DNA of 64,000 nt from Proteromonas lacertae (taxonomy: Eukaryota): NCBI GenBank assembly GCA_002245135.1, contig NGBS01000301.1:62001-126000 (forward strand). The letters run 5' to 3'. A model generated the notes under the pieces. That model searched no databases and was not told the DNA's origin. It saw only the letters and a program-made list of their open reading frames with translations. Positions 1-14,116 of the stretch are shown in pieces. The position numbers and the translations under genes were made by a program. The stretch's first letter is position 1. Each line of letters opens with the position of its first letter.

Positions 1-368
1 TAAATTGGAGAGCTGCACTTGATTTCCCATTTGATATGTCATTAATTAATTCTTTAAAGAATTATGATTTTATAAAGATTCCACAATTAAGAGATGTTGA
101 TTTTTCTAATCCTGCTACTCTTCAGAATTTAAAATGGTCAGATATGATGGATATATATACTACACTATCTAATGAAGGATATTTACCTCAAATTGAAACT
201 GTTGATAATTATTTGAAAGATTCAAATTTGCCTTCAAGAAATATGATTTGTGATTATGTTACAAATACTAGTGTGTATAATGCAATACCTCCGTTGAATG
301 AATTAGTGACTTTCTTTATCGAAAATCCTAATGATCCTAATAGACCTCCTGAGAATATCAATAATTGA
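1..368 (+). CDS. 3' end of a gene of unknown function, truncated by the window edge
   Basis: Frame is open from position 3 (NWRAALDFPFDMSL...) to TGA at 366-368; no recognisable motif. Confidence 0.55.
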   Translation, partial: NWRAALDFPFDMSLINSLKNYDFIKIPQLRDVDFSNPATLQNLKWSDMMDIYTTLSNEGYLPQIETVDNYLKDSNLPSRNMICDYVTNTSVYNAIPPLNELVTFFIENPNDPNRPPENINN

Positions 369-486
369 ATGTTTATGATGTTATTATTGTATTAATATAT
401 TGTGTTGTTGAGTTAAATCAAAAAAATCAAAATAGAATTTGATATTTATGTTGAAACGGTCAAAAATATATTTTTTAAATATATAG

Positions 487-1596
487 ATGAAGTATTGTTG
501 GTTTCTAATTTTAACAATTACATCGATATTATGTTGCGAAAATATGTGCAGTGGGCACGGTGAATGTACAAAAAAAGATAAATGTGTTTGTTATCCTGGT
601 TGGGGTGCTGCTGACTGTTCACAAAGTATGAAATTAATAATAATCTATTTTTTAGGATCTTGTCCATTTAATGTTGCTTTTGTTGATCCTATATTAGGCG
701 ATTTGAATCACGATGGAAAAGTATCAGAAGATATAGTAAAAACTGAATGGTTTCCAGCTATTGGATTGTCAGAAATTCCAGATAACAGAGGAAGAGTTCA
801 TAGTTATGCAGAATGTTCAAATTCAGGTGCTTGTGACAGAAATACAGGTGAATGCAATTGTTATGATGGTTATGGTGGTTCTTCATGTCAACGAAGAACA
901 TGTCCAACTAATAACAATAATACAATTTGTTCAGGACATGGAGAATGTATATCATCATCATACAAACTATCTAAAGACAATAATCCCTATTTTAGTTGGG
1001 AAGTAGATAAAGTATATACCTGTAAATGTGATTATGGTTTTCAAGGTTCTGATTGTAGTGAAAGAGAATGTCCAATAGGTATTGATGCAGTAACCACTAA
1101 ACCACCCGCAATGAAAGTTTATTTTATTATATATGATAAAGATAATATGGATTCTTTGGATGATGAAAATTATGTAGAAGGATTAGATTGTTCTTATTAT
1201 CATTTCACATTTACATATGATGGTGTAACTTATAAATCCAATGAAATTGCTTATAGGAATTTAGCAGGGTATGAAGCTGGTGATGATAAGATCAGAGAGT
1301 ATGTTAATGAGCTGACATTGATAATTAGACAAATTGAACCTTTAAAAGCTGCTAAAGTGGATTATATAAATGAATGGGATGAAATAGTGATTGAGGTTGA
1401 TAATTTAGATGTTAAATTATGGAATGAAGCTAAAATTCAAAGTGAATGTTTTGTTGACTCATTTTTTGAAGGATCTCTTCCTGAACAATATGTCTGCGGT
1501 AATCATGGTAATTGTAATACAGAAACAGGAAAATGTGAGTGTTTTAAAGGATATACTGGTGCAGCTTGTGACAGCTACATACAGACTGTAGTATGA
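487..1596 (+). CDS. Secreted EGF-repeat protein, tubular mastigoneme / Sig-Ocm family-like
   Basis: Signal peptide; EGF/tenascin-like units (CSGHGEC, ECSNSGACDRNTGECNC, CKCDYGFQGSDCSERECP); CP..AFVDP.GDLNHDG and H.YAECSN motifs. In-frame 30-nt intron 626-655 restores CSQRSCP. Confidence 0.75.
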   Translation: MKYCWFLILTITSILCCENMCSGHGECTKKDKCVCYPGWGAADCSQSMKLIIIYFLGSCPFNVAFVDPILGDLNHDGKVSEDIVKTEWFPAIGLSEIPDNRGRVHSYAECSNSGACDRNTGECNCYDGYGGSSCQRRTCPTNNNNTICSGHGECISSSYKLSKDNNPYFSWEVDKVYTCKCDYGFQGSDCSERECPIGIDAVTTKPPAMKVYFIIYDKDNMDSLDDENYVEGLDCSYYHFTFTYDGVTYKSNEIAYRNLAGYEAGDDKIREYVNELTLIIRQIEPLKAAKVDYINEWDEIVIEVDNLDVKLWNEAKIQSECFVDSFFEGSLPEQYVCGNHGNCNTETGKCECFKGYTGAACDSYIQTVV

Positions 1597-1733
1597 ATTG
1601 GTATATAAATTTATATAAATACACATAATTTATTAATATTATTTAAATGATTTTTTGTGGTTAATTTCTATTTTGAAAATAGAAAATGTGTTTGATTGTG
1701 TCAAGCTTTTCTATATTTTAAAAATTCAATCTC

Positions 1734-4700
1734 ATGCCAAGTAAATTTATTTACATAATTATTAATAGATCCAAGGAAGAAAAGGAATTATTATGAAAGT
1801 AGCACAGATTCATCAGAAGCAGATCCGTATTTCTCAATTTCTATTCTTTAGATATGGATTTGGGAGTGATTTTGATCCTAGTGTTTCTAGAGTATTATTA
1901 GTATTTATTTAATGGTGTAGAATCGAAGAAAAAAAGATGAAAGAAAACAAAATAGAGAAAGAGATATAGACATGTTTGCAGAAGAATTGAAAACTAAACC
2001 AAAACAATCAATAGATGAAATATTAGCAGAAATACAAAGACAAGCTGCAGAAGAAGTATGAAGTTTATATAATTTATTTAGAATCCAATCGATATACCTC
2101 CAAACACTAATACATTCAAATCAACCTTCACTAAAAAATCAAGTACATCACCTTTTTCACCAACAGCAGATAGTTATGACTATTCAGCTACAGATTCATC
2201 CAAAAACAACATTGGAGCAGGTTCCTTTGGTGGAAGCAGTAGTATACGTAACAATTACGATGATGCCTTTGACGATACAAATTATGAAGATTCTGAAGAT
2301 CCTTCTAGAACAAAAAATAAACAGAAATTACTACAAAAATGAATAATAATAATAGGCAATATCAAGAATCATTAGATTCAAGTAAAGATGCATTGAAAAT
2401 GTCTAATAAAACGGATGACTTCGCTGAAGAGGAAGAGAGTGATTCCTTAGGAATAAACTCTGATGATTTTAAAGTTGGAGTGATTGCTAATAAGAAACTT
2501 GGTATATTATATTGTATTATAGTAAAATAGAAGAATTAGCAACTAAGAGAGAAGAAAGTATAATTGAAATGTATATTTATATGTAATAGTGAAAAAATCA
2601 CAACCATTACCAACTATTGCTGATAAAATTGAAACACCACCACCTACTCCACCTCCTCCAAAAGATATACTTCAACAACAACCACAAGAATCTCATGATT
2701 TATCTCAATCGCAATTTGGTAATAACAGTACAATGAATGAGAGTTTATCTATATCAGCAATGCTTAAACAATATCAAGATGTATAAAATCTGTTATATGC
2801 TTTTTAGGAAGAATATATCAATGAATTAGCAACTAAGAAAGTAATAGAAGAAAAAAAAGATGAGAATGACGATAGTAATCACTTTGATGATGATGATTTC
2901 AATGATAATGAACCAGATGTCCCAGTAAATGATTTTGAAAATATCAAACCAAGACAAGCCATAATTGAAACGAATAAATCTTCACTAAAAAATGATTCTT
3001 TTAATGAGAGTGTTCATAGTAGTAACAATTATAGTGAATCAAAAGTAAAGTATATATTATATACGTTTATTATTAATGTAGTGATAACAATAATGAAGAT
3101 GATTTTGAGGATTATGATTTCGAAGAACCACCTCCTCAGCGACAATCAAAATCATCAGATAATGAGCAGAAGGTATCAAATTCACCAAGTATCTCTATTA
3201 AAGATTCATTTGAAGATATGAACTCACCAAAACAACAACAACAGGAAGAAGAAGAAGTAGAAGTAATTAAAGTAGAAACAACACCCACAAAACCAACATC
3301 AACTATCATATCAACTACACCAACTGATCATTATTATAATGCAGAAACATACCCTCATACTGTATTAAAATTAGATCCAACAACTCCACCTCCTGTAGTA
3401 ACATTATCTCCAAAACTTATTCCATCTCCAACAACAACTTCAAATGTTGAAAATAATTATTTTAATGATTCATTTTCACCTCAACCTTACAATCCAGCAA
3501 TGTCTCTTCAACCGCAAAATAACAGCAATAATAATAATAATAATAATAATTTCTCTACATTGAATTTAGATTCAAATAATATTCACCATCTTCCAACTGT
3601 TTATGAAACTGCATCTACTAAAGCTTTATCTTCCTCTGTTCCTATTAATAATACATATCAACAACAATTACAACAACAGCAACAAATCCCTCCACCTCCA
3701 CCACCTTTTACACCACAACCACCACAATCATCTTATTTACAACAACAACAACAACAACAAACATGGAAATATTCAAATATACAACAACAACAACAATTAT
3801 ATCCATCATTACCATATGATGAACCTCCGCAACAGAATGTATATCCGATGTATTCTCAAACACTAACATTACCTCCAGTATCATCAGATGATCAGATATT
3901 GAAGAGTTTAAGTAGATTAATTAATGATAATTTAGTTCCAGGTACAGCTCCAATCCATGTGACAGTAAAAGAACCACCACCACCCAAAGCACTGCCATTT
4001 CCAAAAGAAATAGAAAAGAATCATTTAACAGCTAGAAAGGAATTAGTAAATGAATTAAATGATGAAAGAAAACAGTATGCAAGAGAGAGAGAAGAGTTTC
4101 AATCGCAATTAGAAGCATATGAAAGAGATAGAATCTCGTGGCTAAGAACAAAGTTACAATTGGAAGATGAAATAAGAAATAGGGATTTAATGTTAGAAAG
4201 ACAACAAGTTCAACAGAATGAAATGAAAAAGAAATATGAAAGTGAAATTGATGAATTGAGACAACCATTGATAGGAAAGATTCAACAAGAAATTAATGAT
4301 AAAATAACAGCAGTTAAACCACTCTCTGAAGTATATATATATATTATATATATATCATATTATAATTTATTGTATCAATAGCATTTAGAAGAGTGTTTAA
4401 AGCGAAGATATAATGAAGCAAAACAATCCAATGAAATAGAAAACAAAACTAAAACAATGAATGACTATATATCTGATTCTCCATTTATAACGAAAGAAGA
4501 ATTAGAGTTAATCAGAAAAGATTTAGATGATCAAAATCAACAAATAGATTTGGTTTATAATAAATATAAAGAAGAAAATGAGAAATTATATGAACAAAAT
4601 AAAGATCTTCACAAAATGATTAATGATTTAACAAAGAAGAATAGTCAGTTGAAAGATGAAATGAATATCAAAATAATGAAAATGGAGAATAAAATAATGC

Positions 4701-4783
4701 CTGTTGATGCAGATTTACAACAGAAAGTATTTGAATATCAGAATAAGAATATAAGTTATATTGATAGTATAAATACCCTAAAG

Positions 4784-4819
<36 letters not shown>

Positions 4820-6304
4820 TATTTATTAGAAAAGAAATAAATGATTTAAATGACACGATAAAGAAACTTAAAGATGAAAATAACAAGATATTATTAGAGA
4901 AAGAAAAAGTAGATAATGAAATGAAGAAATCACAGTTTTTCGTCAACCAAAAAGTTCAAGAATATGAAGAGCAAATAAGCAATATTTATACACATTATGC
5001 AGAGTATATATATTTATATAATATTATTATTGTTAGAGTTCAAGAACAAAATCAAAAAATACAGAAAGCAATTGAACAAAAACAGTTGTATGAAGAAACT
5101 AATACAAATTATGGTATATATATATAACATTTATATTTATTTCTATTCAATTAATAGTTCAAAAACTAAAAGCAGAAATAGAATACTTAAAACAACAGAA
5201 TAAAAAGTTAAAAGAAAGTAGAAAACAGAGAAATCCCAATTCAATTCCTGATTTACTAGAAGCTGTCCATAATTCTGAATTAGATGAAGAATTAGACAAA
5301 TACAGAAAAAGAATCAACGAATTGAATTCACAGTTAAATATGAAAGAATTATCATTACAGAATCTTCGATTAGATTTTGAGAAATATAAATTGAATCAAA
5401 AATCAAGGCAATGTAATGATGAAATGGAAAGATCGAGAAAATTGAAATTGAACAACCAATCAAATCCATCCACCCCACCATCACAAAATCAAGAACAAAC
5501 AGCTACAGCAATAATTACTGGTGATAATAATAATGAAAAGAGAAATAGTCCAACAACTACAACAATAGTTCAAGATAGTTATAATGAAAAACCAAATAAT
5601 GATATTTACAAACACAAATTGATATTAAGTCAATTAAATACAATTGATATTCGTTCAACAGTACCAATCCAGCCACAAACCCCACAAATTATCATTCAAC
5701 AACCAGAAATACCATCACAGACTTCACATATTGAAGAAAACACAAAGATGTTAGAAACATTAAAGAATTATTATGAATCAAATATGACAATAATCAAAGA
5801 TGGATATGAAAAGAGAATTAATCAATTAAATGATTTATTGAGTTGTTTACAAGTAAATAAAACAAATGAAAATGATAATCAAACTATAAATACATTGAAA
5901 AATGCATTAGAAGTGAAATCGAATGAATTGTGTAGATATCAACAGAAGTGTGGTCAATTAGAGTGTGAGTTAGTTAGTATAAATATATATTATATTATAA
6001 TATTGTAGATTTAAAGAATGAAATAAGATATCCTCAAAAAGCTGAGAATAAGAAATTATTAGAATTATCTGAAGAAGTAGAAAAACTACAAACCAGACAT
6101 AGAGAAAAAGAAATTGAAATTCAAACATTATCTCAAACACTGAATATGAAATTCGAATCTGAGATTCAGAGGAAAGTAATGGAATATGAGACACTGTTAC
6201 AACAGAAGAATAATCAAATTGAACATTTTAAGATTCAAGTTGGTCAATTGTTGAATAGTTTAATTAAATTAAAAGAGAAACAGAAAAATAGTCAACTGAT
6301 TTAA
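1734..6304 (+). CDS. Large multi-exon protein with low-complexity Q/P/N-rich N-half and coiled-coil C-half, function unknown
   Basis: ATG 1734; successive ORFs (3218-4381, 4457-4840, 5322-6008) linked by short GT-AG introns; final exon ends TAA 6302-6304. Not every junction was verified. Confidence 0.6.
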
Positions 6305-6556
6305 TTATTTATTTGTGTTTGTATGTAAAACATATCAAAAAGAGTAATATATTATTCATAACAGCATAAAATTGAACAAAAAGATGATGAGAAAATACAA
6401 CTATTTATAACAAAATAATAAAATGGAATTTTAGAAGAAGAAAAGAAAGAATTATCAAGAAATTACTATAATATAATACAATTAGAATTATTCTTTTCTT
6501 ATTATATAACAAATGTTATTAAAATATAGTGTATTAAAATAAAAAAGGAAAAACAA

Positions 6557-9500
6557 TTACTCCCAATCATCCCAACCTTCATCATCTTCAAAATTCTTTA
6601 CTTTCTCTTTGTTATTGTCTTTTGAATCATAATCACTATCATCCCAATCTAAATCTGTGTCATTATGTTTCTTATTGTCTTTTTCTATTTTCTCTTCTTT
6701 TTTAATTTCATTATCAGGTATTTCTATATCATCTTCTAATTCCCATCCACCTCCTTCTTCTACTGGCTGTTGTTGTGATTCTTCTTCTTTTGGTTTTTCA
6801 TTTACTTCATTTACTGGCTCATTTGCTACTTCTTCATCTACTTTCACTTCCTCTTCCTCTTTCATTCCTTCCTCTTTTACTTCTCCTTTTTCTTCTTCTG
6901 TTGTTTCTTCCATTACTGGTTCATCTTCTACTTTCATTTCATCTTTCAATGTTTCTTCTACTGGTTGTTGTTCTTCATTTACTTCTTCTGCTTTTTGATT
7001 TTCTTCTTTTACTTCTTCTTCTGTTGGTATTTCTATATCATCTTCTAATTTCATCTCTTTTTCTTTTCTCATCTTTCATGTTTTTCTTTTTGTTGTTGTT
7101 CTTTTGCTTTTTCTTCATTTCTGATCTTCTTTTACTTCATCTTCTGTTGGTATTTCTATATCATCTTCTAATTCCCATCCACCTCCTTCTTCTACTGGCT
7201 GTTGTTGTGGTTGTGATTTTCTTCTTTTGGTCATTTACTTCTTCTCTACTTTCACTTCCTCTTCCTCTTTCATTCCTTCCTCTTTTACTTCTCCTTTTTC
7301 TTCTTCTGTTGTTTCTTCCATTACTGGTTCATCTTCTACTTTCATTTCATCTTTCAATGTTTCTTCTATTGGTTGCAGTTGCTGCTGTTGTTGTTCTACT
7401 GTTGGTATTTCTATGTTATTTTCTACATTCCAACCATCTCCTTCTTCTACTTTCATTTCATCTTTCACTGGTTCTTCTACTTTTGGTTGTTGTTGTTGTG
7501 GTGGTGGTGGTGGCTGTTCTTCTCTAGTTTCTTCATTTTTTGGAGTTGATAAATCCAGATCATCATTCATATTCCAGCCATTATCTTCCTCTTCATTCTC
7601 CATATCTTCAACTTCCTTTATATCCTCCTTCGATACATCAGAGATTGAACTGGGAGTATTCATAATAGGTGGAGACATTGATGGATTAAACACTCTTTGA
7701 CTATGATAACTATTAGAAGATGATAATGGTAATGATAGTGGAGAAGAAGTTGGATTAATTGTACTTGAAGAAGTCGGTATTGGTGGTGGAGGTGGTGGTT
7801 CATTAATAGGAGGTGCTGATTTGATATTTGGTAATTTTTGTGAATTGGTTGTTTCTGAAGTTGATAAATCTAAATCTAAAGTGTCTTCTACATTCCAACC
7901 ACTACTATTACCTTCAGTCTCTATGGCAGATACATTAGGAGTTTCATTTTCTGTTTTGGATTTGTCTATATCTAATGTATCATCAACATCCCAACCATTT
8001 TCTTCATTTTCTTCTTCTTTGTTTTCTACTTTTAGTTTATTTTCTTCCAATGATTTGTGTGTATTTAATGGTGAATGTTTTGTGGTTGTTGGAGCTGATT
8101 TGAAAGTTTCATTTTCTTCTGATTTTGTAGTATCAAGTTGCGATAATTGTGTTTTGTATCTTTGTAAATTGAATGATGGAAGAATCTTTGATAGTGAAAT
8201 TGGTTCTTGTTGTAGTTGTTGCTTATTGTCACTCTTATTCTATAATAATAATAATAATAATAATAATATATACAATTGTAGATGGAGGAGGAGATGGAGT
8301 TTTTGTAGTAGAAGTGACAATACTCTTTAAACTCTTTATTGAAGGAATGAATGTTTTTACTTCTTTTTCTTTTTCTTTTTCTTGATTTTGAGATGATATT
8401 TCTTCCCACATATCTTCAGGATTTTCTTCTTTAACTTTAATATTCTGTTTTGATTGATTTTGAGATGATGCATCTTCCCATTCATCTTCATCTTCTTCAT
8501 TATTATAATTGTCTTCATATGTTGTAGTTGTAGTGGTTTTTGGTATTATCTTTGATGCTTTTAGTTTCTTTGGTTGTATTGTTCTCTTTTCTCTGGTTGG
8601 TTTTGAATGAATTGATTCTTTCTTTTCTGGTTCTTTTTCTTCTTTATTCTTATCATCTTCCATTGAAACAAGTTCCTATATAATTATTATAATATATAAT
8701 GTTATATATATACTTCTATTCCAGTAACACTAGTCACAACTTTACTTAATGTATTTGATAATAATCCTCCCCATGAAAAACCATATCCTGTAGAAGAAGA
8801 AGAAGAAGGTGTAGTTTGAGATTGTTGGTTTGGTTGTGGTTGATTTGGGTGAAGGTTTGGTAAAGAGTTCGAGATAGGGTTTGATCTTGGTATTGGATTA
8901 GGTTGAGGGTTTGGATTTGGCATTGGATTTGGCATTGGATTTGGCATTGGATTTGGCATTGGATTTGGCATTGGATTTGGTCGAGCTTGTCGTTGTTGTT
9001 GTGGCTGTGATGGTTGTACAACTGGTTCTGATGGATTGTCTTCCATTGTATCAGATTTTGCCTATATAAAAATAATAATAATATATTATACTTTAACTAA
9101 CTCAGTTGCTTTAATAATAATATCATGAGCTCTATCTCTCACATCTTTCGATTTATCCAACATAATATGAGAAACATTTGGAATAATTGCTGAACATATT
9201 AACTCAGGTGGAAATCTTTCCATTATAGAATATAATGCTTTCAGTAGATGAAATTTTGCCTTTGAGCTTGGATCTTTAAATCCATTGGATATTAGTGGAA
9301 TAGCAATCTAAACAACAAACAATAAATAATAATAATAAATATAAATACTTCTTTTTGACCTCTTTCATCCAAAAACGGTAATATTTTACAAATGCAAATG
9401 ACTGTATTTGTTCTAATTACTGGTTCTGGATCTCTTTGTAGTGCTTCTAAGTATTTTAACATTCTTGTATTCTTATTATAGGCGTTTAACTTTGGTACAA

Positions 9501-10925
9501 TTATAACCATTGATTTGACTGTAGCTTCTCTCATTAGTGCGAATGAATCTGTAAATCCATTTAATATTGAAGTAAATATTGATTGATTCAATACTTTTTC
9601 ATCAATGAAATTGATATAAGATGACATTTTCTAATAAATAAATAAATAAATAAATTATTATTATATGAATATAATAATATATACGTTTAATAAAAATAAT
9701 CTAGTAGATCTATCAGTAGATTGAAACAACCTTACCAAATGAGGCATTATCTTATTCATCTGATTCTCTTTATCTTTCTCAATATATGAAGCAATCTGTA
9801 ATACTGATGACAAGATATGAGGAGCTACTTTACCATTCTCTCTACTTAAACAGTCTAATAATTGTGGATATATAACATTCACACATAATTCCTTGGGATA
9901 AGATGATATATGATCTCCTAACAGTGAAAAAGCCATTGATTTTTTCTTCTTCTGATTTTAAGATGACAGTTTTCAACAAATAACAAATCACTATAATAAT
10001 AATAATAATAATAATATAAATATATATACTCGATAATTGTATTTTTAAAGTAATTACATTCTAAAAATGATCTTATTGATGGTCTTTGATTTGGGATCAT
10101 CTAATAGTGACTTTTTACAAATTATTTGAAGCTCTTTTGGAGTTCCATGTGGATATATATCATCAATAAAACTATATATATAGTATAATAATAATATACA
10201 TTGCTAAACTATAAACATCTATTTTTTCAGAATCAAATCTGATTGAATCTAATTGGTTGTTTAGTCTTTCGGGTGATTGGTATTTTCGGGGGGTTATATC
10301 ATTATTTTTACTATTATATAAATAAATTAAATAATATATATACATATATTCATTTGGTATATTGTCTCTAGTAAAAGCTAAGTCAAATCCCCCTAATTTC
10401 CACACATATCCTTTATTAACGTAAACTGATTCAAGGGATAGATTTCCATGGACAATACTGCACTCAGAATGTAGAAAGTCTAATGATCTAATTATACAGT
10501 ATAATCCCCACATTTTTATTGAATCTAACGGTATTCTGTTGTTATAGAGAATGAATAACTATACATATCCATAAATTTATTGTATTCAATCCAGGTAGCT
10601 AATGAATCTACTTCTTCAGTTGCCATATAGAGATCTGTTTCAATTTCTGCACTATCTTTGAATTGAAGTATGTAAGGGAATTTTAATGACCTTAACTTTT
10701 TCATTCTATATACTATAATAATTAAAAATACCCATTTAAACCCATATCTGTCTTAGGGCTTAGTTTGAATATTGATATTGGTAAATTATTCTCTTTAATA
10801 TAACCTTCGTACAGTTCCCACTTTGTTGTAATATCAAAACTTGGTATCTAACAAGAGAAATTACAAAAAAATAGTACCTTATTCCCTAAAGCAAACGGTA
10901 ATTGAGCTAATGCTTGATTACCCAT
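6557..10925 (-). CDS. SCYL1: SCY1-like pseudokinase (SCYL1/Cex1 type) with HEAT repeats and a long acidic tail
   Basis: N-terminal MGN; pseudokinase motifs (LDFLHSECSIVHGNL, WKLGGFD); HEAT region (LVRLFQSTDRSTR, REATVKSM, DPEPVIRTNTVIC); frame disrupted at about 7072-7240. Confidence 0.85.
6717..7410. repeat. Internal duplication in the SCYL1 tail
   Basis: About 120 bp at ~6838-6960 recurs at ~7245-7368; 6717-6777 recurs at 7149-7209. Confidence 0.85.
8917..8980. repeat. 12-bp coding tandem repeat (PNPM, about 5 copies)
   Basis: ttggcattggat repeated about 5 times. Confidence 0.9.
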
Positions 10926-11044
10926 ATTTTAATATTGACTGTAGAAAAAACTATTTCAATTCAAAGTTTAAAGCGAATTTAAAATAGTACAAAAAATACT
11001 GTATTGTTGATGTATTTTGAGAATTTTTATAATTTTGGCTAATT

Positions 11045-12113
11045 ATGAAGTATACATCAATTACCTTACTATTTCTTTTTGCTATTGGAATAGTCTTTGC
11101 TGATGGAAATGTATATTGCATTATTATTAATTGTAGGCTGATACTTTAAAGAGTATGGTACGTAAAGGGATTGTAGATATAAGAGATGGAGATTTCGAAA
11201 AATTAGTACTTGAAAATGGTAGAGACTATAAATCATTTGTCTTATTCACTGCTAATTCACATCGTTTTAACTGTCCAGTTTGTCGGTATAAAAATATTAT
11301 CAAACTAATCATTATAGAGAATTAAATGGATATTATGAAAAAGTAGCTCAATTGGCAGCTCCAAAGATTAAAGATGCTCAAGTTCCAATCTTTTTCATCC
11401 GTGTAGATTATGGAAATGCACCACAGAGTTTTAAAATGTTCAAATTACCAGGAATTCCATTTTTAGCATTCTTTGAACCAATGGACAAATCTGCCTCAAA
11501 AATCGAAATGATGAATATATTAGATAATAATAAGCTTATGATTGGTGAAGGAAGTATGAATTTAGAATCAGTATTAAGCTTTTTCAATAGAAAAACAGGA
11601 ATTGAAGTATATACTATATAATTAAACCTATTTTAATTTTAGTTATCAATTGAACCATCTCTATGGCCTCAAGTTATATTTGTGATTGTTATGTTATGCT
11701 GCTTACCATTTATAGCTCAATTTTTGTTAGATCATCTCGATTACTTCCTCTCCTATAGAGAAAAGAAATGGTTATTCACATTAGGTGCATTAGTTGTGTA
11801 TTTTGTTTCTGTTTCTGGTGTAATGTATGACATTATTCGAAATCCACCACCATTTTACTGTCGTGAAGGTGGTTGTATGTTTGTAAATCCATCTAGTGGT
11901 CAACAGTTCTCATTAGAAGGATTTTTAGCAGGTATGTTCAATATTGTAGCTGGTTTTGTGTTGTGGATGTTAGTAAAACGTTATTTATCATTCAAACCAG
12001 AGAATGCTACTAAATATGCATTAATATGTTTGGGAATATTCACATTATGCTTTAGTTTTACAATCAGATTCTATGTAATCAAAGCTGGATGGTATCCTTA
12101 CAGGTTATTATAA
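11045..12113 (+). CDS. OST3: Oligosaccharyltransferase subunit OST3/OST6 (TUSC3/MAGT1 family)
   Basis: Signal peptide; thioredoxin-like CPVC; SGVMYDIIRNPP and QQFSLEG motifs; C-terminal TM helices ending YPYRLL; three short introns. Confidence 0.88.
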
Positions 12114-12153
12114 GTAAAAAAGAAATAAACATTTATCTTTATTATAAGTGTGA

Positions 12154-12161
12154 TGTTTGTT
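12154..12161 (+). terminator. TGTTTGTT 3'-processing motif (also on the minus strand at 26748-55, 34138-45, 57296-303)
   Basis: Exact motif 31-67 nt after the stop of four genes, in sense orientation; matches the described Blastocystis polyadenylation-associated motif. Confidence 0.6.
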
Positions 12162-12252
12162 TTTATTTGGGTATAATAAACACATAATTAATATCAAATC
12201 TGTTAATCACTACGAATAATATAACAAAATAAATGTTAAATTTAAAAAATAT

Positions 12253-13431
<1,179 letters not shown>

Positions 13432-13701
13432 AGTTCTGTATTTTTGATAATTTTAATAGATACTTTGTATTTCCTTTTTTTTGAAAAAGGAATGTAATTT
13501 CAATTCTATTCTGAATTGAACTTTAGCAAAATAGATTTGACATTGAAAAAATTGCATGTCTGAATTATCATTGATTATGAAGTTAAAATCAGATTTGAAC
13601 TACACATATTCATTCTCTTGCAAATAAGAGTAAGAAATGAAGTAGTTTTAAAGATAAAGAGTATATATTTCTCTAAATTTACTTTTTATTACCTTAATTA
13701 T

Positions 13702-13790
13702 AATCCTAAATGATTGCACTATGCTATTTGCATAGTGTTCCTCGTCCTGAATATATATGAGGACACATCATGGCTTATATGATTTGGATT
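13702..13790 (+). ncRNA. Box C/D snoRNA candidate, copy 1
   Basis: Terminal stem aatcc/ggatt; C-like ATGATTG 13710-16; D' CTGA 13747-50; C' ATGAGGA 13757-63; D-like ATGA 13779-82; internal hairpin cactatgc/gcatagtg. Confidence 0.7.
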
Positions 13791-13924
13791 TATTACTCTC
13801 TTTATATTTTATTGATTTATATTAATTTTTGGTTAGATATTTTCGATGTTAAAGTGATTAAGTGAAAGAAATGATAGAATAAAGGTATATATTTCTCTTA
13901 AATCCTCTTATATCTTATTTCTAC

Positions 13925-14013
13925 AATCCTAAATGATTGCACTATGCTATATGCATAGTGTTCCTCGTCCTGAATACACATGAGGACACATCATGGCTTA
14001 TATGATATGGATT
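13925..14013 (+). ncRNA. Box C/D snoRNA candidate, copy 2
   Basis: 85 of 89 nt identical to copy 1; differences fall outside the boxes and guides, while flanks diverge. Confidence 0.7.
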
Positions 14014-14116
14014 TTCTTTTTTTACTTATAATTGCAAAAGATGTTTAAAAAATCGTACTTAATTTCTGAAAATTATTGATGCTTAATTTTTAACTGATGC
14101 TTTATATATTATAATT

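Noticed and set aside
4783..4829. (TA)n and (TAT)n tracts as functional repeats
   Set aside because: Microsatellite slippage inside short introns, seen throughout the window.
7072..7240. Early stop and separate gene within the SCYL1 tail
   Set aside because: Clustered indels inside a duplicated segment; probably a poorly polished repeat.
13702..14013. Direct repeats as CRISPR, MITE, hammerhead ribozyme, TPP riboswitch or U1 snRNA
   Set aside because: Only two units, no cas or transposase genes, and the core motifs of those RNAs are missing; the C/D box layout fits better.
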